Source: Desulfobia sp. (GTDB lineage Bacteria > Desulfobacterota > Desulfobulbia > Desulfobulbales > SURF-16). Taken from it: a DNA stretch of 32,124 bases. The stretch is from contig JBEPXR010000004.1 in NCBI GenBank assembly GCA_041641775.1, positions 1 to 32,124 on the forward strand, given 5' to 3'. A program made the position numbers and the translations under genes. A model generated the notes under the pieces. It saw nothing but the letters and a program-made list of their open reading frames with translations. It searched no databases and had not been told where the DNA came from. Shown in pieces: positions 8,727-18,231 of this stretch. Position 1 is the first letter of the stretch. Each line of letters opens with the position of its first letter.

Positions 8727-9818
8727 ATGTTGCGAGATTCTGGCCAGTCCGGTTCGAAACCTGAATTAAGCCGCCGCGATTTTATCAAGGGCTGCACCAT
8801 CGCCGCCGCCGCTCTCGGTCTCTCGGATTCGGTGGTCCCTAAGATGGCTGAAGCTGCTGCCTCTGAGAACAAGCCGCCGGTTATCTGGCTCCATTTCATG
8901 GAGTGCACCGGCGATACCGAGGCCCTGCTTCGGGCTTCCCATCCGACGGTAAGCCGTCTTATCCTTGAATTGATTTCCCTTGATTATCACGAAACCGTGA
9001 TGGCTGCCGCCGGACACCAGGCCGAGGAAGTCCTGGCCAGCACGGTGGAAAAATATCGGGGTCAGTACATCTGTGTGGTGGAGGGAGCAATATCCACCAA
9101 GGACAATGGCATTTACTGCAAAATAGGAGGAAGGACCGCCCTGGAGATCCTCAAAGAGGTGGCCCCCGATGCCGGCCTGTTGATAGCCATTGGTAACTGC
9201 GCTACCTTCGGTGGAATTCAGGCGGCTGAACCCAATCCCACTGGTGCCGTGGGGGTCGGAGACCTGATCAAGCATAAGAATCTGATCAATATTGCAGGAT
9301 GTCCTCCCAATCCGGTTTCCTTCCTCGGAACTGTTCTCCATTACATGACCTTCAAGTTTCCTCCCCTCACAGACAGATTGAACCGGCCCCGGTTTGCCTA
9401 CGGCCGGAAAATTCACGACCACTGCGAGCGCAGGCCTCACTTTGATGAGGGCCGGTTTGTCGAACAGTTCGGTGACGCCGGTCACCAGCAGGGATTCTGT
9501 CTTTATAAAGTCGGCTGCAAGGGCCCCAGCACCTATAATAACTGTCCCGTCGTCCGTTTCAACGATGTCGGTGTCTGGCCCGTCGGAGTCGGGCATGGTT
9601 GTGTAGGCTGTTCTGAACCTCAGTTCTGGGATAATATGACTCCCTTCTACGAAAGACTTCCCGGGATTGATCTGCCGGGAGGAAAAGGTATTGTCCAGAG
9701 TGTCGACGATGCCGGCAAGGCCCTGCTGGGGGTTACAGCAGCGGCAATAGGTGTTCATGCCGCCTTGGGTATAGGCAAAAAGCTGAAGAAGGGCGGTTCG
9801 GAACAGGACAATGAGTAG
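8727..9818 (+). CDS. Membrane-bound [NiFe]-hydrogenase small subunit (HybO/HyaA-like), Tat-exported
   Basis: Tat motif SRRDFIK; ECTGD, GNCA, GCPP (proximal); NCP...WP...GCVGC (medial 3Fe-4S); HDHC...CLYKVGC (distal); C-terminal TM anchor containing His. Confidence 0.95.
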   Translation: MLRDSGQSGSKPELSRRDFIKGCTIAAAALGLSDSVVPKMAEAAASENKPPVIWLHFMECTGDTEALLRASHPTVSRLILELISLDYHETVMAAAGHQAEEVLASTVEKYRGQYICVVEGAISTKDNGIYCKIGGRTALEILKEVAPDAGLLIAIGNCATFGGIQAAEPNPTGAVGVGDLIKHKNLINIAGCPPNPVSFLGTVLHYMTFKFPPLTDRLNRPRFAYGRKIHDHCERRPHFDEGRFVEQFGDAGHQQGFCLYKVGCKGPSTYNNCPVVRFNDVGVWPVGVGHGCVGCSEPQFWDNMTPFYERLPGIDLPGGKGIVQSVDDAGKALLGVTAAAIGVHAALGIGKKLKKGGSEQDNE

Positions 9819-9890
9819 CAGGACCCGAGTATTCTTGAAAACACCAGTGAATCGCACTGCCTGTCATTACATGCAAAGGGGGAATAACGA

Positions 9891-11591
9891 ATGGCAACAC
9901 GTATAACGATTGATCCGGTAACCAGGATAGAAGGTCATCTCAGGATCGATGCCCAGGTGGATGGGGGGAAGATAAATAAGGCCTGGTCTTCTGGGCAGAT
10001 GTGGAGGGGAATTGAAAATATCCTTTACGGCCGTGATCCCCGGGATGCCTGGCTTTTTGCCCAGCGGATCTGTGGGGTCTGTACCACTGTTCACGCTCTG
10101 GCCTCGGTTCGTTCGGTAGAGAATGCCCTCGGTCTGGAAATTCCCATGAACGCCCAGTATATCCGAAACCTGGTCATGTCGATCCATGCCCTTCATGACC
10201 ATATTGTTCACTTTTATGTACTCTCTGCTCTGGACTGGGTGGATGTGGTCTCCGCCCTCAAGGCGGACCCGAAGAAGACGGCCCAGCTGGCCCACAGCCT
10301 TTCCGACTGGCCGGGCAACGGAGCCATGCAGTTCAAGGCCGTCCAGGAGCAGGTTCAGGCTCTGGTGGACAGCGGTCAGCTTGGCCCCTTTGCCAACGGC
10401 TACTGGGGGCATCCGGCCATGGCTCTGCCTCCGGAAGCCAATCTCATGGCTGTTTCCCATTATCTGCAGGCCCTTGATTATCAGCGAAAGGCCAACCAGG
10501 CTTACGCGATCATCTCAGGCAAAAATCCCCATATCCAGAATCTTTCGGTCGGAGGGGTGACAACAGCGATTAATCCCCACAATGAAGCTACTCTCAACAT
10601 GGAGCGGCTTTACTGGATGAAACAGTTGATTACCGAGGTGCAGGATTTTATCCAGAACGTTTACATTCCCGATGTGATTGCAATCGGCAGTATTTATAAG
10701 GACTGGCTTCAGTATGGGGCCGGAGTTGTCAACTATCTTGCCGTCCCGGATATGGTTCTTGATACCAGGGGAGAGATGTTTGACCTGCCTGGAGGGACGG
10801 TTATGGACGGAGATATTGCCACTGTTAAACCCATTGAGAGTTTCTACGATCCCTATTTCCGGGATAACGTAGCAGAGTCAATAGCTCATGCCTGGTATGA
10901 CGGCAACTGGTCAAAACATCCTTATGAGGAGGAGACCGTTCCCCAATACACCGACTTTCAGGAAAACGGCAAGTATACCTGGCTTAAAGCCCCCCGTTTC
11001 GAGGGCAGACCCATGCAGGTCGGTCCATTGGCCCAGCTCGTGGTCGGGTATGGTCTGGGCCATGAAATGACCAAGAAACATGTGGACAACGCCTTGAGTC
11101 AGTTGAGCAGCGCTGCAGGTGTACAGGTCGGACCCGAAGCTCTCCATTCCACACCAGGGAGGCATGTCGCCCGGGCGGTACGGGCCGGTATGCTTGCTGA
11201 ACTTGCCCTGAAGCACTGGCAGCTTCTGGTCGATAACATCGGCAGGGGGGATCTCGAAATATTCAATCCTCCGGAATTTCCCAAGGGAGAGCAACGGGGT
11301 GTGGGCTTCCACGAGGCTCCCAGAGGATCGCTATCCCACTGGATAGTGATTCAGGATGGATACATCAAAAACTACCAATGCGTGGTGCCTTCCACCTGGA
11401 ACGCCGGTCCCAGAGATGAAGACGATCAACCCGGTCCCTACGAAGCGAGCCTGGTGGGCAATCCAATGGCTGATCCGGAAAAGCCGCTCGAAGTATTGCG
11501 CACCATTCACTCTTTTGATCCCTGTATAGCCTGCGCCGTCCATATGGTTGACCCGGCCGGAAATGAATTCGCCAAAGTAAAGGCCCTTTAA
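9891..11591 (+). CDS. Group 1 [NiFe]-hydrogenase large subunit (HybC-like)
   Basis: IDPVTRIEGH, L1 QRICGVC, L2 FDPCIACAVH plus a 15-residue cleavable C-terminal tail; no selenocysteine. Confidence 0.96.
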   Translation: MATRITIDPVTRIEGHLRIDAQVDGGKINKAWSSGQMWRGIENILYGRDPRDAWLFAQRICGVCTTVHALASVRSVENALGLEIPMNAQYIRNLVMSIHALHDHIVHFYVLSALDWVDVVSALKADPKKTAQLAHSLSDWPGNGAMQFKAVQEQVQALVDSGQLGPFANGYWGHPAMALPPEANLMAVSHYLQALDYQRKANQAYAIISGKNPHIQNLSVGGVTTAINPHNEATLNMERLYWMKQLITEVQDFIQNVYIPDVIAIGSIYKDWLQYGAGVVNYLAVPDMVLDTRGEMFDLPGGTVMDGDIATVKPIESFYDPYFRDNVAESIAHAWYDGNWSKHPYEEETVPQYTDFQENGKYTWLKAPRFEGRPMQVGPLAQLVVGYGLGHEMTKKHVDNALSQLSSAAGVQVGPEALHSTPGRHVARAVRAGMLAELALKHWQLLVDNIGRGDLEIFNPPEFPKGEQRGVGFHEAPRGSLSHWIVIQDGYIKNYQCVVPSTWNAGPRDEDDQPGPYEASLVGNPMADPEKPLEVLRTIHSFDPCIACAVHMVDPAGNEFAKVKAL

Positions 11592-11726
11592 GGCGATAAT
11601 CTTGGGGGATCAGCCGTTATGCTGTGTTAAGAATTAGAGAGACCGCAGAAGAAATGGAACGATCATCCACTGGTAAAAAGCCGCAAAGGTCAACAATTTC
11701 CGGTTCTTCCGGATAAGGAGGATGAG

Positions 11727-12374
11727 ATGGCCCTTGAAAAAAAATATGCCTGGAGTGTCCTGCTTCGCATCTATCACTGGGTTCTGGCTCTAAGTACCGC
11801 TTTCCTGGTGGTCACGGGTTTCTACATCCATGATCCCTGGACCAATACCACCCTGGTGGAACAGAGCAGCTTCACCATGGCCAATATGCGTTATATTCAT
11901 TTTCTGGCTGGTTTGTTTTTTGCCTGTGCCCTCCTGATACGATTTTATCTGCTTTTCTTCGGCAACAAGGCGGAAAGGATCTTGAATTTCGCCCCCCTGA
12001 CCATCCACAACCTCAAGAAAATCGGTCCGACCCTCAAATATTATCTCTACATACGCGAGCGTTATGAACCTCCACTGGGTCATGGTGTCCTGGCCGGACT
12101 GTTCTACTGCATAACCTTTATTTTCGGGATAGTGATTACACTCAGCGGCTTTTTCATGCTCTATCCCGAGTCGCAATTTTTTACGTATTTGGGGACTCTG
12201 GTTTTCGGTTCACAGCAGTTCGCCCGCTTCATTCACCATATTTCCATGTGGTATTTTCTTCTTTTTGTGACAGTGCATGTCTATCTGGTCATCTGGAACT
12301 CTCTGAAATTACCTGAAGGCATGGCGTCTTCGATGATTGACGGCTATAAGTTTAAAGAGAAGGAGGAAAATTGA
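11727..12374 (+). CDS. [NiFe]-hydrogenase di-heme cytochrome b subunit (HyaC/HydC-type)
   Basis: Four TM helices with heme histidines: RIYHW, RYIHF, RFIHH, VHVY; ends with SSMIDGYK. SD AAGGAGG. Confidence 0.92.
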   Translation: MALEKKYAWSVLLRIYHWVLALSTAFLVVTGFYIHDPWTNTTLVEQSSFTMANMRYIHFLAGLFFACALLIRFYLLFFGNKAERILNFAPLTIHNLKKIGPTLKYYLYIRERYEPPLGHGVLAGLFYCITFIFGIVITLSGFFMLYPESQFFTYLGTLVFGSQQFARFIHHISMWYFLLFVTVHVYLVIWNSLKLPEGMASSMIDGYKFKEKEEN

Positions 12375-12593
12375 TTTAAGGGTTTCTTGAGGGAGTCTGA
12401 AGAGAGCCTGAAGAGATCTGATTTACCTGTACCGTCCGGCTGCTCATGGAGGGATCCTGCATAAGACAGCCCTTTCCGGGTGGTCAATCCAGGTCTGTGA
12501 TAGATTTGCTGTCTGCTGCTTTTCAAAAGCTGTTATTTGAGGACAAGAATATACCCCGTCTTTCTGGAGTTCGGCAATTGAAAACGAATTGAA

Positions 12594-14909
12594 ATGAAAA
12601 GAGGAGTCGAACTTCGAATTAGCGGTATAGTGCAGGGTGTCGGTTTTAGACCATTTATTTACAGGCTTGCCCGCAAATATGGCTATTCCGGCTTTGTAGC
12701 GAATACCGGCAGCGGGATCACAATTCAGATTGATCAGCAGGATGAGCGTTTTGATGAATTTCTGGCCGATGTCCGGCGCTTATCTCCGCCTATGGCCAGC
12801 ATAACTTCTGTTGTTTGTCAGGAGGTAATTCCTGAAGACAGCGTGGAATTCGTTATTCTGGCCAGTGAGTCCCTAAAGGAAACAAGTGTTTCAATCCCCC
12901 CCGATATCGCTCTCTGTCCAGACTGTCTGACGGAGCTTTTCAGTCAGACGGACCGTAGATACCTGTATCCCTTTATCAACTGTACCAACTGCGGCCCCCG
13001 GCTCAGTATAGTCAAAGGGATCCCCTATGACCGGCCTTTGACCTCAATGGCCTGTTTTCCGATGTGCCCTGAGTGTGAGGCAGAGTACAATGACCCAGTC
13101 AGTCGTCGTTTCCATGCTCAGCCTAACAGCTGTTGGCAATGCGGTCCCACCTTGAGCTGGCATGACGGTGAGTGTCGTCGGATGGATTGCGGCAATCCGA
13201 TCGCCGAGGCTGATAGGGCCCTGACAGACGGTAAAGTTGTGGCGCTTCGGGGTATCGGTGGATTTCATCTGGCTGTGGATGCCCGTTCCGAAGAGGCAGT
13301 TGAAAAGCTGCGCCGGGTCAAGGGCAGAAAATCAAAACCCCTGGCGGTCATGGCCGCTGATATGGCGACGGTGCGGAAATATTGGTATGCCGGTCCTGAA
13401 GAAGAGGCCCTGCTATCGTCTTTCCGGAGCCCCATCGTCCTGCTTCGAGATAAAGCAGAAAGGGAGCTGGCCCGGGGGCTTGCACCCGGTCTCGACGAGA
13501 CAGGGGTAATGCTGCCCTATTCTCCTCTGCATTATCTGCTTTTTGCCTGTTCGGCGGTGACGGACGTCCTGGTTATGACCAGTGCCAATTACAGTGGGGA
13601 GCCTCTCTGTGCAGGCAACCGGGAAGCTGCCGAAAGACTCTCCGGACTGGCAGATTTTTTTCTTCTGCACAACAGAGAGATCGTCAACCGTCTTGATGAT
13701 TCGGTAGCAAGAATGGTCTCTGGAAAGGCCAGCACGATCCGCCGCTCCCGGGGCTATGTCCTTGAGCCTGTCCATCTTGACCAGGATTATCCCGGTATTC
13801 TGGCCTGCGGTGGCGAGACAAAGAATGCCTTCTGTTTTATAAAGGAAAATCGAGCCTATCTCAGTCAGCACATCGGAACCCTCACCAACCCAGCAGTCTT
13901 CAATCACTACCTGCAAAGCATTCAGTCCCTCGGCTCTCTTCTTGATGTTGAGCCCGAGATAGTGGCCTGTGATCTCCATCCTGACTATCCAAGCAGTAAC
14001 TATGCCCGGTCCAGCAATCTCCCCATTTTTGAGGTGCAGCATCACCACGCCCACGCCGTGGCTGTCATGGCCGAGCATGGTTTAACCGGAGAGTGTCTGG
14101 CAATAGTAATGGATGGAGCGGGTCTCGGCCCTGATCGGACTGTTTGGGGAGGGGAGGTGATGCTGGTGGATTATGCTTCCTACAGGCGGCTGGCCCATCT
14201 TCAGCTCCTCCCCATGCCGGGAGGGGACCTTGCCGCCCGTGAGTTGTACAGGATGGGTTTTGCTGCCTGGTGGAAATCCAGAGGGGAGGAGGGAAATGAC
14301 CTTCCTGCCGCTCTGTGGAACATTCCTGCGGAAAACAGGGAGATTCTCTCCCAGATGATTGGCAGAGGCATCAACACTCCGGTTACCTCAAGTTGTGGAC
14401 GGCTTTTTGACGCGGTAGCTTCCCTTCTAAACCTTAGACAGGAGTCCGATTACGAGGGTCAAAGTGCGATGGAACTGGAGGCCATGGCTTACAGGGCTTT
14501 AGGCTGCCAGTCCCTGTCTGTCGCTGATCTTCCTGGAGAAAATCTTTTACCGGTTTCTTTTGATAATTTGGTAACCCCTATCGTCCTCCATTCCCTTCCC
14601 ATGATCAGGGAACTTCTGAGCCTGCTGGACAGGGAGTATGAGAGGGAGAGTCTGGCACTTGCCTTTCACAGATGGCTGATTTCCTCTATAGCTTCAGTAA
14701 TCAGCGAGGATATGCAAGACATTGGCCATTTACCTGTTATCCTTGCGGGAGGGTGTCTTCAGAATACCCTTCTCCTTCAGGGACTCCAGGATTATCTTCG
14801 GACTCATGGATTCCAGGTTTACAGGGCCGAAAAAGTGCCTGCCAATGACGGCTGTATCGCCCTGGGGCAGGGAATTATTGCCGGAACCCGGTTTCTGCAG
14901 CAGTCCTGA
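12594..14909 (+). CDS. hypF: Carbamoyltransferase HypF
   Basis: Acylphosphatase domain GIVQGVGFRPF, zinc fingers (CPDC/CTNC, CPEC/CWQC), YrdC-like GIGGFHL, Kae1-like QHHHAH, SSCGRLFDAV, PANDG. Confidence 0.96.
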   Translation: MKRGVELRISGIVQGVGFRPFIYRLARKYGYSGFVANTGSGITIQIDQQDERFDEFLADVRRLSPPMASITSVVCQEVIPEDSVEFVILASESLKETSVSIPPDIALCPDCLTELFSQTDRRYLYPFINCTNCGPRLSIVKGIPYDRPLTSMACFPMCPECEAEYNDPVSRRFHAQPNSCWQCGPTLSWHDGECRRMDCGNPIAEADRALTDGKVVALRGIGGFHLAVDARSEEAVEKLRRVKGRKSKPLAVMAADMATVRKYWYAGPEEEALLSSFRSPIVLLRDKAERELARGLAPGLDETGVMLPYSPLHYLLFACSAVTDVLVMTSANYSGEPLCAGNREAAERLSGLADFFLLHNREIVNRLDDSVARMVSGKASTIRRSRGYVLEPVHLDQDYPGILACGGETKNAFCFIKENRAYLSQHIGTLTNPAVFNHYLQSIQSLGSLLDVEPEIVACDLHPDYPSSNYARSSNLPIFEVQHHHAHAVAVMAEHGLTGECLAIVMDGAGLGPDRTVWGGEVMLVDYASYRRLAHLQLLPMPGGDLAARELYRMGFAAWWKSRGEEGNDLPAALWNIPAENREILSQMIGRGINTPVTSSCGRLFDAVASLLNLRQESDYEGQSAMELEAMAYRALGCQSLSVADLPGENLLPVSFDNLVTPIVLHSLPMIRELLSLLDREYERESLALAFHRWLISSIASVISEDMQDIGHLPVILAGGCLQNTLLLQGLQDYLRTHGFQVYRAEKVPANDGCIALGQGIIAGTRFLQQS

Positions 14910-15051
14910 CTGCAAATATATAGCACCGGCTATGGCAGGGAATTTCCGGGGCAGAAAAGGGGGACGTAATTTTAAGTGCATATTTTCAATGATATGGTAT
15001 CAATCGTGATAGTCGATGGTAATATGCTGAAACCGATTATGAAGAGGAGAA

Positions 15052-15399
15052 GTGGAAGAAGTGTCTGATTCAGTAGATCTCGTCCTGTTAAAGGCCTGTC
15101 TGAAAGAGAAATACAATCTTAGAGAGCCTCAACAGGAGAAACTGATCAAGGTTTCCGCCCAATCCATTAAAGAAAGTCTTGATAATGCCGAAGAAGCTCT
15201 TGCTGAAAGGGATCTGCAGGCCCTCTCTGAATACGCTCATAAATTGAAGGGAACGCTTTTAATCATGTCCCTCGATACCTGGGCTGACAAGGCAGATGAA
15301 ATCCATTCAGCAGCCGAGCGGGGAAGTAAGCTGAACTATGCAACCTTACTCAGGGAAATTCGGGGTGGACTGAAGATGCTTTGTGAGCAGGGGGAGTAA
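15052..15399 (+). CDS. Stand-alone histidine phosphotransfer (Hpt) domain protein
   Basis: Helical 115 aa with H-box YAHKLKGTL. SD AGGAG spacing favours GTG 15061 as the true start. Confidence 0.8.
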   Translation: MEEVSDSVDLVLLKACLKEKYNLREPQQEKLIKVSAQSIKESLDNAEEALAERDLQALSEYAHKLKGTLLIMSLDTWADKADEIHSAAERGSKLNYATLLREIRGGLKMLCEQGE

Positions 15400-15642
15400 G
15401 ATTCCGGCAGGAAGTGGTTCGACTGCTCGGTTTTCTTTCGCTTTTCAGAGAGGCCAGATTTCTAAAAGCATCAAAACGTCAGATCATCGCAGTCCAGCTT
15501 AACAGATATAATGCGATTTTTCTATCTCGCTGATGAAATCCAGTTTTGTCCAGTGAGCCTGTCTGCAGGGTGTAGACTTGTTCCGAGGATATAGGCAATA
15601 ACAGAACTCGGCATCATGAAAAGGCCGGAGTTAGAGGGACTT

Positions 15643-15915
15643 ATGTGTTTAGCTGTTCCAATGCGGGTCATTGAAATAGAGGGAGTGGAAGGTGACTTCT
15701 CCACTCTCGCAAAAGCCCTGGTAGAAGGAGAGGGGGTGCGGCGGGAGGTACGACTCGATATTATAGATCGATGGCCTGAAATTGGTGACTATGTGATCGT
15801 TCATGCCGGTTTTGCTCTTCACGCTCTGACTGCCGGGGAGGCGGAAGAAAGTCTCAGGCTTCTCCGTCAGATTGCGGGAAATACGGATCAGAGAGATACT
15901 GAGGATCCCGTTTGA
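15643..15915 (+). CDS. hypC: Hydrogenase maturation chaperone HypC
   Basis: Start reassigned to ATG 15643 to give the canonical N-terminus MCLAVP; GDYVIVHAGFAL. Confidence 0.95.
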   Translation: MCLAVPMRVIEIEGVEGDFSTLAKALVEGEGVRREVRLDIIDRWPEIGDYVIVHAGFALHALTAGEAEESLRLLRQIAGNTDQRDTEDPV

Positions 15916-15916
15916 T

Positions 15917-17032
15917 ATGGAGATTAAAGACGCTCTATCCGGGATTGACGATGACTCTCTTGTCAAAGATCTCCTTAAAAGATTAAAAGATGAACTGCAG
16001 GGATATCCGTCCTCCCTGCGATTTATGGAAGTCTGCGGAACCCATACCATGTCTGTATTCCGGCATGGCCTCCGTAGTCTTCTACCGGACAAGATCGATC
16101 TGCTGGCCGGCCCGGGATGTCCAGTCTGTGTGACTTCCGCTGGCCAGGTCGACGCTATTCTCGACCTTGCCTGCCTGAATGGGGTGAGGGTGGCGACCTT
16201 CGGAGACCTCTATCGGGTGCCGGGTTCCCAGGGCTCCCTCGCTTTGGCTTCGGCTTCGGGAGGCAAGGTGGATATCGTCTATTCGCCTGTGGATGCCCTG
16301 CAGTTAGCCAAAAATAATCCTTCTGAATTCGTTGTCTTCCTGGGGGTGGGTTTTGAAACCACTATTCCTGGTGTGGCTGCTACCGTCCGGGAGGCAGCCG
16401 GCAGTAAAATTGACAATTTTGCCGTTTTTTCTGCCCACAAGACTATGCCGCCGGCTCTGGATGCGCTGTTTACTGATGACGCGTCGAGAATAGACGGACT
16501 TCTCTGCCCCGGCCATGTCAGTGCCATTATAGGGGCTTGCGCCTACAAACCACTGGCTGATAAGTATGAATTTCCCTGCGTTGTTGCCGGCTTTGAACCG
16601 GCAGACATCCTCCAGGGACTGATAATGCTGGTCCGTCAGAAAAAGCGGGGTATAGCCTCTGTTGAAAATGCCTACTCCAGGGTGGTCAGTTGGCAGGGGA
16701 ACAAGAGTGCCCTGGAGATGATTGATTCCGTCTTTCAGGTTTGTGACACTGCCTGGAGGGGGCTCGGGGTTATTCCGGCCAGTGGACTGGCAGTCCGGCC
16801 GGAATTTGCTTCTTATAACGCCCAAAAAAGATTGAATGTAGAAGAAAAAATGGTCTCTGAACCACCCGGCTGCCTCTGCGGTTCCATCCTGAAGGGCGAA
16901 AGTGTGCCTGCTGCCTGCCCCCTGTTCGGCAGAACCTGCACCCCAGTTAATCCGGTAGGGCCGTGTATGGTATCAAGTGAAGGAAGCTGTGCGGCATACC
17001 ACCGTTATGGCGGAGTAGACCGGAAAAGCTGA
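15917..17032 (+). CDS. hypD: Hydrogenase maturation protein HypD
   Basis: MEVCGTHT, GPGCPVC, GFETT, PGHVS, C-terminal Fe-S cysteines and GPCMVSSEGSC. Start placed at the ATG 1 nt after the hypC stop. Confidence 0.96.
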   Translation: MEIKDALSGIDDDSLVKDLLKRLKDELQGYPSSLRFMEVCGTHTMSVFRHGLRSLLPDKIDLLAGPGCPVCVTSAGQVDAILDLACLNGVRVATFGDLYRVPGSQGSLALASASGGKVDIVYSPVDALQLAKNNPSEFVVFLGVGFETTIPGVAATVREAAGSKIDNFAVFSAHKTMPPALDALFTDDASRIDGLLCPGHVSAIIGACAYKPLADKYEFPCVVAGFEPADILQGLIMLVRQKKRGIASVENAYSRVVSWQGNKSALEMIDSVFQVCDTAWRGLGVIPASGLAVRPEFASYNAQKRLNVEEKMVSEPPGCLCGSILKGESVPAACPLFGRTCTPVNPVGPCMVSSEGSCAAYHRYGGVDRKS

Positions 17033-17039
17033 CTGCCAG

Positions 17040-18110
17040 GTGAAGACGAACGGCAACCTTAACTATGGACACCAGACCGGGAGCAATGAAAAGGTAGTGG
17101 ACAAAGACAGCATCCTCCTCGATCATGGCAGCGGTGGTCTTGCCAGCCAGAAATTGGTCAGTGATATTTTCCTGAGCCAGCTGGATAATCCTTTTCTGGC
17201 CGGGCTGGAAGACAGCGCCGTTCTTGGAAAGATAGAAGGCCGCGTGGTCTTTACCACCGACAGCTATGTGGTTGATCCTCTCTTCTTTCCGGGGGGGGAC
17301 ATAGGGAGTCTATCCGTTCATGGTACGATTAACGATCTGGCCATGAGAGGAGCCCGGCCTATATGCCTGAGTCTGGGCTGCATTATTGAAGAAGGCTTTT
17401 CAATGGCTGATCTCAAGAGAATTGCCGCTTCAATCGCCGGGGCCTGCCGGGAGTCCGGTGTTGTCATAGCCACCGGTGATACCAAGGTAGTCCCAAGGGG
17501 GAAAGGAGACGGTATCTATTTGAATACTTCTGGAGTGGGTTCCGTCCCGGAGGATCTTACTGTTTCCACTTCCCTGGCCAGGCCGGGAGATAAGATAATC
17601 CTCTCCGGCACCATGGCAGACCACGGCATTGCCATTCTAACCAGTCGGACGGGACTAACAATGGAAGGTGATTTTCGGAGTGACAGCCAGCCCCTTCATT
17701 TTATGGTCGGAGAACTCTGTGAATCCCTCGCCGGAAATCTTCACAGTCTCAGAGATCCTACCAGAGGAGGGGTGGCGACTTCTCTCTGTGAAATAGCGTC
17801 AAGCAGCAGGGTGGGCATAATTATCGAAGAAAGTGCCCTGCCTGTAAGATCCCAAACTCGAGGGGCGTGCGAGATTCTCGGGCTTGAGCCATTATATCTT
17901 GCCAATGAAGGGAAATGTCTGGTAATAATTCGAGAAGAAAAGGCTGAACTGGCCCTGGAGATAATGCGCAACCGTTTGGAAGGCAGGGACGCCGTCATCA
18001 TCGGGAGTGTCACTGAAGGACCGGAAGGCAGAGTGGAGATGATCACCGGAATCGGGGGTAGAAGACTCATCGCTCCTCTGGCCGGTGAACCGTTGCCCAG
18101 AATATGTTAG
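17040..18110 (+). CDS. hypE: Carbamoyl dehydratase HypE
   Basis: HGSGG, TTDSYVV, GDTKVV, RDPTRGG, ANEGK, C-terminal PRIC. The start could be GTG 17097. Confidence 0.96.
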   Translation: MKTNGNLNYGHQTGSNEKVVDKDSILLDHGSGGLASQKLVSDIFLSQLDNPFLAGLEDSAVLGKIEGRVVFTTDSYVVDPLFFPGGDIGSLSVHGTINDLAMRGARPICLSLGCIIEEGFSMADLKRIAASIAGACRESGVVIATGDTKVVPRGKGDGIYLNTSGVGSVPEDLTVSTSLARPGDKIILSGTMADHGIAILTSRTGLTMEGDFRSDSQPLHFMVGELCESLAGNLHSLRDPTRGGVATSLCEIASSSRVGIIIEESALPVRSQTRGACEILGLEPLYLANEGKCLVIIREEKAELALEIMRNRLEGRDAVIIGSVTEGPEGRVEMITGIGGRRLIAPLAGEPLPRIC

Positions 18111-18231
18111 AAAATAAGGTAGAGGAAATTAAGAAAAGATAAGGTGGCAATCTGTCAAGGTGCCCCGGAAAACCCCGGATTGCAGTATGTGAGACATTTC
18201 TGAAACAACAAATCTTATCCCCCTGAATGTA

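Noticed and set aside
11515-11545. Possible [NiFeSe] hydrogenase
   Set aside because: L2 motif is DPCIAC with a TGT Cys codon; no in-frame TGA.
12465-12485. Hairpin similar to that at 20503-20528 (shared CAGCC-TTTC-GGGTG core) as a REP-like element or terminator
   Set aside because: Imperfect stems, no U tails and only two weakly similar copies.
15616-15916. Longer ORF-track starts for hypC (15616) and hypD (15872)
   Set aside because: HypC needs an N-terminal Met-Cys (15643), and the hypD ATG at 15917 directly follows the hypC stop.
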